DNA of 64,000 bases from Pirellulaceae bacterium (GTDB taxonomy: Bacteria > Planctomycetota > Planctomycetia > Pirellulales > Pirellulaceae). The stretch covers positions 887,013 through 951,012 of the forward strand of contig CAWDWE010000007.1 in the NCBI GenBank assembly GCA_963805875.1, in the 5' to 3' direction. The notes under the pieces were generated by a model. It made no database searches and was not told the origin of the DNA. It saw only the letters and a list, made by a program, of their open reading frames with translations. Each line of letters opens with the position of its first letter. Within the stretch, counting starts at the first letter, position 1. Positions 20,348 to 30,413 of this stretch are shown in pieces. Made by a program: the position numbers and the translations under genes.

Positions 20348-22001
20348 TCATTCGCGGTCGGAGGCAACCGGCCGCTTGTCGGCCAGTCGCGGGTTCGCGG
20401 CGATCACACCGGCGCGAACTCCCAACCAATAGATGCCGCCGACGACGAGAATCACGGCCGTTCCGGCCACGCCGACGATGTAACCGTGCAGTGGACATTC
20501 GAGCCATCGCCAGGCGGGGCTTTCGAGGCCGCGGGCGAACGTCCCCCAGGCCAGCACGGGAATGCTCAACAGCACCCCCAGCGCCGCCCCGCGGGCGGGG
20601 ATGCTCGGCATCAGCCAGGCTGAGCAGGAATAGCCCAAACATGCCGCCGCCCGCCGTGCCGGCATATTGCCACCACAGGTCCATCAGCACCTTCGACCCG
20701 CTTTGCCCTTTGATCACCAGCAGCCCGGCCGCCATCGCCGTGCCGAAAATGCCGAACATCACCGTGCAGAGCCGGAGGGTCACAATCTCCGGCAGGCGCT
20801 TGGGCACGAGCCGCAATGGACGCAAGATGTCCACGAACAAGATCGTCGAGCAGGAGTTGAGGCTCGAGTCGACGGTGCTCATCGCCGCCGCTAGAATGGC
20901 CGCAATCACTAGCCCGGAAATCGCCGGCGGCAGACGATGGCGGATGAAGTACGGAAACGCCTGATCCGGTTCGATGCCAGCCGGGAGGATCGACGCCTCG
21001 GGAGCATGGGCCTCCATCCACAGGGCCGTGCCAATCAGGCAGAAGATGACCGAGACCGGCACGTAGGTGAGGGCGCCGATCCAAATGCTCTTCTGTGCTT
21101 CGCCGTCGCTGCGGGCGGCCAGCATCCGCTGCACATAGTTTTGATCGCTGCCGTAGTTGCGAAGATTTTCGGTGATCCCGTAGAGCAGCACGACGGCGAC
21201 GCTTGGCAAGGTCCAAATCCAGGCCTGGGCCGCCGGGTCGTAATTGGTCAGCGGGCCAAGCGACACTTTCTCCGCGGGGATGGCTTGGAAGAAACTGCCA
21301 ATGCCCCCGTCCCAGGCAAGCACGACCGCCGCCAGACACCATATCGCGCCGACCATCAGCACGAACACCTGCAACACGTCGGTCCAAATCACCGCACGAA
21401 TACCGCCGAGCGTGTCGTAGACAATCACCAGCGCGCCGAGAACGATGAGAATGCCGACCATGCGGCCGATGTCGCTAGAACCGGCGTTGGTCGCTGACGC
21501 GGAGGCTGCATTCAGGGGACTTACGTCCCCCGCTCGCCAGTCGGTCGCGTGCAGCATCGGCTCGACCGCGAACGCGACGAGCAACAGCACCGTGCCGATA
21601 CGGATCAGTTGCAAGAGCAGATAGCAGACATCCGAATAGACGCGGGCCCACGCGCCGAAACGCTGCTCGAGCAGTTCATACGCGCTAAGCCGCGACCGCG
21701 TGCGATACAGCGGCACGAAAAACAGCGTCGCGATCAGCGCCGCCGGCGGCAGGGCCAGGCCAAAGACGAAGGCGTTCCAGTCCCCTTGAAACGTCTTCGC
21801 CGGCAGGCCGAGAAAGGTAATACTGCTGAGGAATGTCCCCAGCACCGACAGCCCCAACACCCAGCCTCCCATCTTGCGATTGCCGACAATGTAGCCTTCC
21901 ACGTCGCGGGCGCCGGACGAAACGCACAACGCCACGGCCAGCATCGCCAGCAGATAGATCACGACGATCCACAGGTCAAGGCGGTATATTAAATCGCTCA
22001 T
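20348..22001 (-). CDS. sodium:solute symporter family (SSF) transporter. Apparent frame disruption near 20610.
   Basis: 13-14 TM helices. SSF-like segments (...GGWVLGLSVLGTFLSSITFLGLP..., ...AAMSTVDSSLNS...). C-terminal ~100 aa continue in ORF 20348..20665 after a slip. The 20316..22094 tail is out-of-frame junk. Confidence 0.8.
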
Positions 22002-22066
22002 AGGTCTATCCGCAGGGCTTGAACCTGCGGATGGCAGTGCCGGACTGCGGATGAAAGGAGGGTGAC

Positions 22067-22708
22067 ATGCTTCACGAGGAATACACTTTTGCACTGCGTG
22101 AGGGGTTCTACGCGGCGCATAATGAAGTCGGGCTGGGACGGCAGGAAGAGGCTTATCATCAGGCGTGTAAGTTGTGGTTTGCGGAAAATCAAGTTCCCGT
22201 CGTCAGTCGGCCGCCGCATCCGTTGTACCTCGATGGCGAAGAAGCGTATGTATTGTTCCCCGATTTCGTTGGCTGGGATGCGATCCCCGTGGAGATCAAA
22301 GCCCTGCCGCATAAATTGACGCTATCGAATTGGGTGCAAATCAGAGACTACATGAAGTGTCGTCAGGCGCCGCTCGGATTGCTCGTAAACTTCGGGTTGG
22401 ATCACGTTCATGTGGAACGCGTAGTGCATACTCCGGGCCAGACGACGCTGGTCGAGAACTGGGACTATTGGCACAGCGCCGTCGCTGGCCGTGATCGCGA
22501 GATCGGCGTCGCGCTGCGCGAGGCACTTTACTCGATATACCAACAGCACTCAACGGGCTACAGCGACACAGTGATATCGCGATTGATTCTCTTCGCGCTG
22601 ACGCGTCGCGGGCTGTCGTTCATGAAGACGCTAGGGCTGCAATGGGGCGTGGCCGCCAACTTCGGAAAAAAGCAGGTGGACTTCAAAGGATTACGACTCG
22701 CACCATAA
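22067..22708 (+). CDS. GxxExxY family protein (PD-(D/E)XK fold), carrying a second partial copy of the C-terminal motif
   Basis: EGFYAAHNEVGLG...PDFV...IPVEIKA...GLLVNFGLDHVHVERVV fits the GxxExxY/NFG...KR[IV] family. A second ANFGKKQVDFKGL motif lies near the C-terminus. 213 aa is long for the family. Confidence 0.55.
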   Translation: MLHEEYTFALREGFYAAHNEVGLGRQEEAYHQACKLWFAENQVPVVSRPPHPLYLDGEEAYVLFPDFVGWDAIPVEIKALPHKLTLSNWVQIRDYMKCRQAPLGLLVNFGLDHVHVERVVHTPGQTTLVENWDYWHSAVAGRDREIGVALREALYSIYQQHSTGYSDTVISRLILFALTRRGLSFMKTLGLQWGVAANFGKKQVDFKGLRLAP

Positions 22709-22793
22709 ATCCATCCGCAGTCCGGCTTTGCCATCCGCAGGTGAAAAGTCTGCGGATCGCAATCCCGGACTGCGGATAAAGTAAGGGAATGCG

Positions 22794-23144
22794 TTATGCG
22801 TCGCTGTCCGGCTGACTGGGAGGCGTCGGTGCAAATTCGGCCGCCATCTCTTTCATCCAGGCGGCGTCTTCGCGGAGTTCTTCGAGCGTTTCGCGCAGGC
22901 CGGCGAACTCGCGGCGGAAGGTTCGGTAGCTCAGCCACAAGACGGTCAGCCCAATCAATAGAAAGCCGAACCCGAATCCCAGTTGCCACCAAATCGCGTC
23001 GATTACAGTCGCCCTGCCCAGTGCCTCGCCGAGCACCATCACCAGTACGGGCAGGCCGGTCAGGGCCATCACCGCCCCGATGCCGCCGACGATGCCCAAG
23101 CGACGTGAGGCGTCGATGTCGCCGCGGATTTCCAACTGGGCCAA
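22794..23144 (-). CDS. small 2-TM membrane protein
   Basis: Two hydrophobic helices (LGIVGGIGAVMALTGLPVLVMVLG and WWQLGFGFGFLLIGLTVLWL). Last gene of a three-gene minus-strand cluster with a DUF883-like protein. Confidence 0.4.
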   Translation of the reverse strand: MAQLEIRGDIDASRRLGIVGGIGAVMALTGLPVLVMVLGEALGRATVIDAIWWQLGFGFGFLLIGLTVLWLSYRTFRREFAGLRETLEELREDAAWMKEMAAEFAPTPPSQPDSDA

Positions 23145-23245
23145 TTCGTACCGCGATACAAACAGCTCGCGCAGTTGCGACCACCAGGCGCGTGGTCGCT
23201 GCTGGCGGTCTGGGGCGGTGTGTCGGTTGTTGCGGGCATGGTTGG

Positions 23246-23584
23246 TTAATCTTCGCTGTCGTCGTCGATCTCTTCTTCATCGACTTCCGATTCATCGCCG
23301 CCGCCGGTTGCCATTGCGACGACTTCCTTCCACAAACTTGACGCGGCTCCGGCGGACAGCCACTGCGGCCAAGTACGCGACCGCCTCATCCAAGCCGACG
23401 CCGCCAGGCCAACGCCGACCGCGCCCAACAGCAGCATCGCCGGCCGCCGTGTAACAAGCGACCGCCAATCGAAGGCCATCTGTGCCCGTGCCGCCATGCG
23501 GGCCGCGTCGCGATCGACGCCTCGCCGGCTGCGGGCGACGCGGGCGTGGGCGTGTTGTAGTCGTTGGTGGTAGCGTGGGTTCAT
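23246..23584 (-). CDS. hypothetical protein with one TM segment and an acidic C-terminus
   Basis: ORF with ...MLLLGAVGVGLAASAWM... and a C-terminal EVDEEEIDDDSED. Between the DUF883-like gene and the 2-TM gene. Confidence 0.35.
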   Translation of the reverse strand: MNPRYHQRLQHAHARVARSRRGVDRDAARMAARAQMAFDWRSLVTRRPAMLLLGAVGVGLAASAWMRRSRTWPQWLSAGAASSLWKEVVAMATGGGDESEVDEEEIDDDSED

Positions 23585-23599
23585 GGCCGGGAATGTCGA

Positions 23600-23896
23600 T
23601 TACTTTCTTCGCAGCCAATGATCGAGCATGATACCGAAGGCGACGGCGGCCAGCAGGCTCGGCCCCGGATGCTGCCGAACGATTTCCAGCGCTCCGTCAA
23701 GCATGTCGCCAACGGTCGTGTCGCGGACCTGTTCAATTTTCTCGGCCGCCTGCTGGCGGACCTTTTGATACTGCTCTTCGACGCGCCGCAACTCCTCGCG
23801 GGCGGCACGCAGGGCGTCGGCGGCCGATTGCACCTGCGGGTCGGCGTCGGCCGGGCGGGGCGGTGATACCTTGCGGACGGTTTTCTTTTTGGCCAT
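23600..23896 (-). CDS. DUF883/ElaB/YqjD-like membrane-anchored protein
   Basis: N-terminal coiled-coil. C-terminal VRQHPGPSLLAAVAFGIMLDHWLRRK matches the ElaB/YqjD C-terminal anchor consensus (..NPW..vG.aAg.G.llG.Ll.RR). Confidence 0.5.
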   Translation of the reverse strand: MAKKKTVRKVSPPRPADADPQVQSAADALRAAREELRRVEEQYQKVRQQAAEKIEQVRDTTVGDMLDGALEIVRQHPGPSLLAAVAFGIMLDHWLRRK

Positions 23897-24059
23897 GGGG
23901 TTTTCTCACGAAAATCGGCGAAGGATAGCGGCGCAGTTCGCCTATTTGAGTCTACTTGCTCAATGGCGCCCTTACCCGCCGGCGAACTACCGAATCTCAT
24001 CGTGATAGGCTATTCTAATCCCTACGATCCATTCGACCGCCAACAGCGGCAAACGAAGA

Positions 24060-24392
24060 GTGAAACTCATGGCCGAAGCAACACCCCAGGCCACGCATCA
24101 GCACGATTCCAACAACCTCACGGCCACGCTGGATTTCCTCAAGCGAACGCGGAGCGAACTGCGCGAGCTGCGGCGGGTGCAGGTCGCCGTCGATTGGCTG
24201 CGGGTGTTCGATGTGAACAGCGAATGTTTCGAGGTGACCGGATTGGGATATCCCGACGCCGACATTATCCCGGTGCTCGATGCGATCAACGCCGTCTTCA
24301 AGCACGAGTCGATTCACACGCCGATTGAGCGGCCGTTCAAGGAGTTCAAAACCGGCAAACGCCGGCCGTGGGCGGAAGATCGGGTGATGTAG
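24060..24392 (+). CDS. hypothetical protein (110 aa)
   Basis: ORF only. No recognisable motif. Confidence 0.3.
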   Translation: MKLMAEATPQATHQHDSNNLTATLDFLKRTRSELRELRRVQVAVDWLRVFDVNSECFEVTGLGYPDADIIPVLDAINAVFKHESIHTPIERPFKEFKTGKRRPWAEDRVM

Positions 24393-24931
24393 CTCCTTTC
24401 GCAACCGCAACAGCGGGGCGATGCACCACCCTCTTTACGTATACGCAAAAAATAAACTCTTCCGAATGAGCAAAAACTACTTGCCAGCATTGCCAGGACA
24501 CCATAAGATGTTCGTGCCTCGTGTAACTCATCTATGCCATTGACGGCAGTATCGCGAATACGGCCCTGTTTGGGGTCGTGCTTCGCAAATTCAGGTCGGT
24601 CATTCGAAAGTTAGGAAAACTTTCGGGCAATACGGACACCGACCTGCACAACCGGAGGGCAACCTCCGCGGACTCAATATTCGTATCTTGCTTGCGGCTG
24701 CGCGCACTGTTGCGCGGGTTTTCGTCGATGCAACTTGGCAAAGTTGAGAAAGGATCTCCGACCCACAGCACTCTACGGTCGCATCGCGGGAGCGCGGATC
24801 CGGCTTGCGACTCACAACTGGTTCATGGTCACCCGGCGAATTTTGCCCGAATCGCCGGGTGTGCAATGGCTCTCCTCAATTCATCATTCCTATTATCAGT
24901 TCGCCATGTGCGAACAAGGAGGGTGCCTGCG

Positions 24932-25468
24932 ATGACCACAAACTTACGTGGTTCAACCCCATACGGCTCCGCGCCTGAGTCGTCCCCGCTTGCGGGGAAG
25001 GCTGCCGAACAACCGCTGCATCGCATCAGTGAAGTTCGTCAGCAACAAGGCGTATCGCTGCGTTCCGCCGCCCGTCGTATGGGCACGGAGGTTTCGCGGC
25101 TGAAGGCCCAGGAAAAGGAGAACGCGGACCTTCAATTGAGTGATTTGTATCAATGGCAGCAGGTGCTGGAAGTGCCGGTGGCCGACTTGTTGGTAGAGCA
25201 AGACGCGCCGCTGTCGCGACCGATTATGGAGCGGGCCAAAATGGTTCGCCTCATGAAAACGGCCGCTGCCATGCACGATCAGGCGACTTCCCCCGCAATG
25301 CGCCGCATGGCGCAGATGATGGTGGATCAACTGGTTGAACTCATGCCCGAGTTGGCCGAAGTCAGCGCCTGGCATACCGTGGGACAACGCCGCAGCTTGG
25401 ATGAGTACGGTCGAGCGTTCGACCGCCGCATCAGCGACGATATGTTCCACACCTGCCTGAGCGACTAG
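24932..25468 (+). CDS. XRE-family helix-turn-helix transcriptional regulator
   Basis: Strong RBS AAGGAGGG 8 nt upstream of the ATG at 24932. HTH LHRISEVRQQQGVSLRSAARRMGTEVSRLKAQE. The longer upstream extension of ORF 24578 lacks coding character. Confidence 0.6.
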   Translation: MTTNLRGSTPYGSAPESSPLAGKAAEQPLHRISEVRQQQGVSLRSAARRMGTEVSRLKAQEKENADLQLSDLYQWQQVLEVPVADLLVEQDAPLSRPIMERAKMVRLMKTAAAMHDQATSPAMRRMAQMMVDQLVELMPELAEVSAWHTVGQRRSLDEYGRAFDRRISDDMFHTCLSD

Positions 25469-25493
25469 GCCGGCGACGCTATTCATTTACTGC

Positions 25494-25530
25494 CCCGCAT
25501 CGCCGCCCCCGGCGATGCGGGGTTTTTTCG
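25494..25530 (+). terminator. rho-independent terminator
   Basis: CCCCGCATCGCCG-CCCCC-GGCGATGCGGGG followed by TTTTTT, immediately after the HTH gene stop. Confidence 0.65.
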
Positions 25531-25544
25531 TGCGCGAAGTGGAA

Positions 25545-25900
25545 GACTTGATTAGAATGATGGCCAATTGGTTGGTACGCCCCGGCCGAGCTTGCCTCGG
25601 TCGAGCGATGATTCTGCACTATGTCGACCGATCGACCCACGCATTTCCGTCCCGGCCGGGCTTGCCCCGGTGAAACGAATGATTCGGAGTGCAACGCCGC
25701 ACGTTCAATCATGGCTTCCACCGGGACAAGCCCGGTGGGGAGCAGGAAATTATTTGCAAGTGTAGGGTTTGCATGTGTAGGCTTAGTGCAAAATCATGGC
25801 TCCACTGAGGCAAGCTCAGTGGGGGCCAACACCAGTCACGTCTAGCCGGTCAACCCTCTTCACCCACGAGCAAGCTCGTGGGGGTCGATTGCCACTAACC
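25545..25900. repeat. array of ~6 related small hairpins with GCAAGC loops (REP-like)
   Basis: CCGAGCTTGCCTCGG, CCGGGCTTGCCCCGG, CCGGGACAAGCCCGG, CCACTGAGGCAAGCTCAGTGG, CCACGAGCAAGCTCGTGG; stems vary but the loop core GCAAGC/GCTTGC is conserved. Fills the 450-bp gap before the sulfatase gene. Confidence 0.55.
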
Positions 25901-25918
25901 ACCTTGGAAATCCAGCCA

Positions 25919-27230
25919 ATGCGATACAACCTTCTCCATGCCGCGTTCACATCCGCGATAGCGATGATCCTTATTAGCTCCACTGCAGATTCGCCTGCCG
26001 CCGAGCAACCGAATGTCTTGCTAATTGTGGCCGACGATGTCGGCTGTGAGACGTTGGGCTGCTATGGCGGGTCGTCGTATGCCACGCCGAATATCGACAA
26101 GCTGGCTTCATCCGGACTGCGGGTGACGCATTGTTACAGTATGCCCGTTTGCCATCCCACGCGAATCACGCTGCTCACCGGGCGGTATCCGTTTCGCCTG
26201 GGCAACCCCGACTGGGGGTCGTTTCCCAAGACCGAAGAGAAAAACACCATCGCATGGGCAATGAAAAACGCCGGCTACGCCACGGCCATCGCCGGCAAGT
26301 GGCAACTGACCCTGTTGAAAAAGGATCCCCAACACCCGCATCGCTTGGGCTTCGATGAATACTCGATGTTCGGCTGGCACGAAGGGGCCCGGTATCACGA
26401 TCCGCTCATCTGGCAGAACGGCAAACTTCGCGACGATACAGAGGGTAAGTATGGCCCCGATCTGTACGTCGACTTCCTGATCGACTTCATCCGCAAGAAC
26501 AAACAGAAGCCGTGGTTCGCTGTCTATTCGATGGCCCTCTGCCACGACGTGACCGACGACATCAAGACGCCCGTGCCGCACGCGGCGGGGAAGGATCGGT
26601 ACTTGAATTACGCGGAGATGATGCAGTCGATGGACGAGCAAGTGGGGCGGCTGGTTGATGCGGTGGACGGCCTGGGCTTGGGCGAAAAGACGGTCGTTAT
26701 TTTCACCACCGATAACGGCACGGCCAGCCAGTCGAAGATTCGCGCCATCGACGGCAAGAACAAGTTCGAGTACGAGAAGGTGTCGTCCAAGTTGGGCGAC
26801 AAAATGATTCGCGGCGGCAAGGGCAAGCTGACCGACGACGGCACGAATGTCCCGCTGATTGTCCGCTGGCCTGCGAAGGTAAAGGCCGGGGAAGGTGGCC
26901 GGGCAGCTTGTGGATTTCAGCGACTTCTACGCGACGTGCGTCGAACTGGCCGGCGGCAAAGTGCCCGAAGGAGCGCCGCTTGACGGCCATAGTTTCGCCC
27001 CGCTGCTAACGGGCGGCGACTTCGAGCCGCGCGAATTCGCCTTCGCCGAACACGGCGGCAGGAAGTGGCTGCGGACGAAAGATTACAAGCTCTACAGCGA
27101 CGGAAAACTGTATCACGTTGTCGCCGACCCGCGGGAGAAGAACGTCATCGACCCCAACAAACAGTCGCCCGCAGCCGCCGCGGCGCGGAAGCGATTGCAA
27201 GCGCGCATGAATGAACTGACTGGTAGATAG
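25919..27230 (+). CDS. arylsulfatase family protein. Apparent frame disruption near 26885.
   Basis: Signal peptide. ...LLIVADDVGCETLGCYGG.... Signature CHPTRITLLTGRYP (C-x-P-x-R). C-terminal LVDFSDFYATCVELAGG continues in ORF 26895..27230 after a 1-base slip inside GGGGAAGG. Confidence 0.85.
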
Positions 27231-27295
27231 GCAGATAGGTTGTCGACGGTTTAGACTACAATGAGGACTTTCATCCCTTAGCAAACAGCGCAGCC

Positions 27296-27862
27296 ATGAT
27301 TCAAATCCTGGAAAAACCGGAGGTCCGCGAGCTGGCCATGCCGATGTCGATCGAGCAGTACCATCGACTCTCCGAAGCGGGTATCATTCCCCAGCAGACG
27401 GAACTCTTGCGCGGAGTAATCCTTGAAAAGATGACACGATCTCCACGCCACGTCATCATCGCCCGGCGTCTCCACCGGTGGCTGATGCAGCGAAATTGGC
27501 AAGGCTTTCATGTCCGCAAGGAAGAGCCCCTTACGCTGGCGGATTCCGAGCCTGAGCCAGACTTGGCGGTCGTCGCCGGCAGCGACGAAGACTACCAAGC
27601 CGCGCACCCGCAGTCCGCCGAGTTCGTGATTGAAGTGGCCATGTCGTCGCTGGCCATCGACCGCGAAAAGGGGGCCGTTTATGCCGCGGCGGACGTGGCA
27701 GAGTTTTGGATCGTGATTCCCGAAGAGCAGGCGATCGAAGTTTATACCTTGCCGGCAGCCGAGGGATACCAGGATCGACGCCGGCACGATGATGTCGACG
27801 CGCCGCTCGCGCCGACGAGGTTTCCTGAGTTGACTCTCACGCCGCGCGAATTGTTTGCGTAG
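27296..27862 (+). CDS. Uma2 family endonuclease (DUF820, PD-(D/E)XK)
   Basis: ...PDLAVVAGSDEDY...AEFVIEVAMSS...EFWIVIPEEQAIEVY matches the Uma2/DUF820 pattern (PDLaV...........P.lviEV.S). Confidence 0.85.
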   Translation: MIQILEKPEVRELAMPMSIEQYHRLSEAGIIPQQTELLRGVILEKMTRSPRHVIIARRLHRWLMQRNWQGFHVRKEEPLTLADSEPEPDLAVVAGSDEDYQAAHPQSAEFVIEVAMSSLAIDREKGAVYAAADVAEFWIVIPEEQAIEVYTLPAAEGYQDRRRHDDVDAPLAPTRFPELTLTPRELFA

Positions 27863-27987
27863 ACCCACCAGCGGCGAGGGGTGCGCAACTCGTGCGTCGG
27901 CGCTCGATTTTCCCCGCTACGGCGTTTTTCAGCCGGAATATCGCGTTTGGCGGTGCGGTCGTCATCCGACAGAACTTCGCGCAGCAA

Positions 27988-28024
27988 AACGGCCGGGCGG
28001 CAAATGCCGTCCGGCCGTTGAAAT
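27988..28024 (-). terminator. candidate terminator hairpin downstream of the repetitive lipoprotein gene
   Basis: AACGGCCGGGCGGCAAATGCCGTCCGGCCGTT stem-loop. On the minus strand it is followed by TTTTG. Confidence 0.4.
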
Positions 28025-28042
28025 GTAGTCCGCCCCGAGGGC

Positions 28043-28462
28043 TTACTCTGGCGAGTCGGTCGCCTTTTTCAGTTCGTCGGCTGTGTCTTTGGCCGCGCCG
28101 TCGATGGCGTCTTTCGTGTCGCTGGCTGCGCCTTCGATGGCGTCCGTGGTGTCTTTCGCACCCTCTTCAACGGCGTCCGTCGTGCCTTCCACAGCGTCGC
28201 CCGTCTTTTCGCCGGCGTCTTGAGCGCCTTCCTTCAATGCGTCGCCGCCTTTCTCAATCGCGTCGCCCGTTTCCTTCACAGCGCCTTCAACGGCGTCGCC
28301 GGTCTTTTCAGCGGCGCCTTTGACCGCGTCGCCGGCTTCTTTCATTGCGTCGCCGGTTTTTTCCGCGGCGCCCTTGGTCGCGTCTTCGACGGCGGCCGGT
28401 TCACAACCCACAAAGCCCAAGGTCATGGCCAACAACGCGCCACACAGTGCAAATCGCTTCAT
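28043..28462 (-). CDS. repetitive lipoprotein with ~11-residue TGDAVEGAxK repeats (LEA/apolipoprotein-like)
   Basis: Start MKRFALCGALLAMTLGFVGC with AGGAGAG RBS. At least 8 degenerate repeats of [KE]-[KE]-T-G-D-A-[VIM]-[EK]-G-A-[AVT]. Confidence 0.55.
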   Translation of the reverse strand: MKRFALCGALLAMTLGFVGCEPAAVEDATKGAAEKTGDAMKEAGDAVKGAAEKTGDAVEGAVKETGDAIEKGGDALKEGAQDAGEKTGDAVEGTTDAVEEGAKDTTDAIEGAASDTKDAIDGAAKDTADELKKATDSPE

Positions 28463-29147
28463 CGCTCTCTCCTGGTAAATAAACAGAAACAAATGTGTAC
28501 GGAAGCCCCTACTACTGGAGAGCCTTATTGCCCGCCTGATATTCCCGTCGTGCTGAGAAATTCTCGCTTGTGCAGCCACTGCCTCAATCGGCCACACGCC
28601 AATTTCGCCGTTTTCCCCAGGGGCGTGTGCCAATACCTCCACAGAGCGGGCCAAGCTGGCATTCAGCACGATGACACGCAATTTCTTGATAAACGTCGCC
28701 CATTGAAGTGGCGGATAGGAGGCGTTCGAGTGAAACCTAATGAAGTTTGTGTTATTTCTAGCTCTTGTGGCTTGACCGTCGCGGCGACTTGCTTAGCATA
28801 GAGACACACGTTGCCAACCCGCCCGATCCTCTCCCGCCTGGGCTATAGAAAAAAACAAACCAACCACCGTTTGCAGCATTGAATTCGCTGTGCCGCATTG
28901 CTGCGGACGGGGAGTGCTATGCACCGGCGCGAATATTTTCCCCACCCAGCTTCGAATCTTTCCAATAAGCTCTCGATACTTCCATTTTTTTCTTTGATTT
29001 AGTGAGACCAAATTCCCTGTTGGGGGACTTATATATCATGGGCGGGCCAGCGCCCAAATAGTGTGAGCCGATTTCGCCGAAATCGGCTTCGGAATTAGCG
29101 AATGACCAATGAAGAACGGGGCAGTTTCCAATTCGGGGGAGAACAAA

Positions 29148-30212
29148 ATGACCAAGCCCGCTTCCGTGGAAGACTATAAACTCACCTCCAGCTACGAGAC
29201 GGTGCGACGCCGCCTGCTGGGGTTGGATGGCGACCAGCGATTGGAAAAGCCGCTGGCCTACTGGGCTTTGCCGAGCGACCGGCGGTTGCCGCTGGCCCTG
29301 CTTGACCGCACCCTCGCCGAACTGCTCACGCACGGCTTCGACGATCTCTCCTCCACGCCCGGCATCGGGCAAAAGAAGATGGGGGCGATGATCAAGTTGC
29401 TGTTGCGGGCGGCCAAGGACGCCACGCCGCCGGTTCCTTTCGGCATCAGCGAGTTGGCCGAGGACGAAGAGTTCGAAGCCGGGGAGAGCGGCGCTCGCCA
29501 CGGCCATTTCGACCCGGAGGTTGTCTCCGAATCGCAATTCGCGCGTTGGAAGGAAACGGTGCAGCGTCATCAACTGCAAGACCAAATGCTCGGCCGACTG
29601 GCCCCGGCGCTGGTGCATTTGCCGACGGTCATTTGGCGAACGCCGTTGAGCTTTTATCTGGAAAAGGAACTGGCGGAGATTCGAGCGCTCAAGACGCACG
29701 GGGCGAAGCGCGTGGCGGTGGTGCTGGAAGTGTTTTATACGATCCACCGCATGATGGAGCAGGTGCCCCGCGGCGGTTCGCTGGCGATTCGCCCCGCGCC
29801 GCGGATCATTCAGTCAGTGGAGGATTGGATGTTTCGCTTGTGTGCCGGCGAGTCGCCCGTCGACGAAGCGGAAATTCGCTCGCATTTGGTGCTGCCGCTG
29901 TTGAGGCAGACTAAGCTCGATGTCGGCCCGACCGTTCACGGCCTGGCCGAAGGGCGATTGGGAATTCGCGGCGCTGTGCAAAACGTCCGTTCGCAGTCGC
30001 AGCGGATGGGGATCACGCGGGCGAGGGTTTATCAACTGTTGGACGAAGCGGCCGACGCGATGGCCGTCCGCTGGCCGCAGGGGGGCTGCCTGTTGCGTGG
30101 GTTGAGCGAGAAACTCGCCGCCGCCGGCGTCGGGCCGGCCGATCGCCGACTGCTGGACGCCGCCCGCAATCTGTATTTCCCCGAACGGCAGCAGCAGCGC
30201 GACGAGACATAG
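29148..30212 (+). CDS. hypothetical protein with C-terminal sigma-70 region-4-like HTH
   Basis: GGGGGAG RBS. C-terminal ...SQRMGITRARVYQLLDEAADAM resembles the sigma-70 r4.2/LuxR-type recognition helix ([IV]TRER[IV]RQ[IL]). The rest is unassigned. Confidence 0.45.
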   Translation: MTKPASVEDYKLTSSYETVRRRLLGLDGDQRLEKPLAYWALPSDRRLPLALLDRTLAELLTHGFDDLSSTPGIGQKKMGAMIKLLLRAAKDATPPVPFGISELAEDEEFEAGESGARHGHFDPEVVSESQFARWKETVQRHQLQDQMLGRLAPALVHLPTVIWRTPLSFYLEKELAEIRALKTHGAKRVAVVLEVFYTIHRMMEQVPRGGSLAIRPAPRIIQSVEDWMFRLCAGESPVDEAEIRSHLVLPLLRQTKLDVGPTVHGLAEGRLGIRGAVQNVRSQSQRMGITRARVYQLLDEAADAMAVRWPQGGCLLRGLSEKLAAAGVGPADRRLLDAARNLYFPERQQQRDET

Positions 30213-30413
30213 GCCGTGGGGCAGGTCTCCAGAACTGCCCGATCCCCAATACGACGACGGGCGGACCAGGAGGTCCGCCCGACGTAGAATTTGACATTCC
30301 CTCCCCCGCGCCCCATGATATGGGGGGGTTTTCCGCCCAAGATTCGTCCCGTCTGGGCGAATATCTTGTCGAGGTCGGTCAGCGGCACTTTTCTCTTATC
30401 GGGAGCGAGGACG

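Noticed and set aside
20611-21387. 258-aa minus-strand ORF and 20937..21497 + ORF
   Set aside because: Alternative frames within or antisense to the SSF transporter gene. No TM pattern or motifs of their own.
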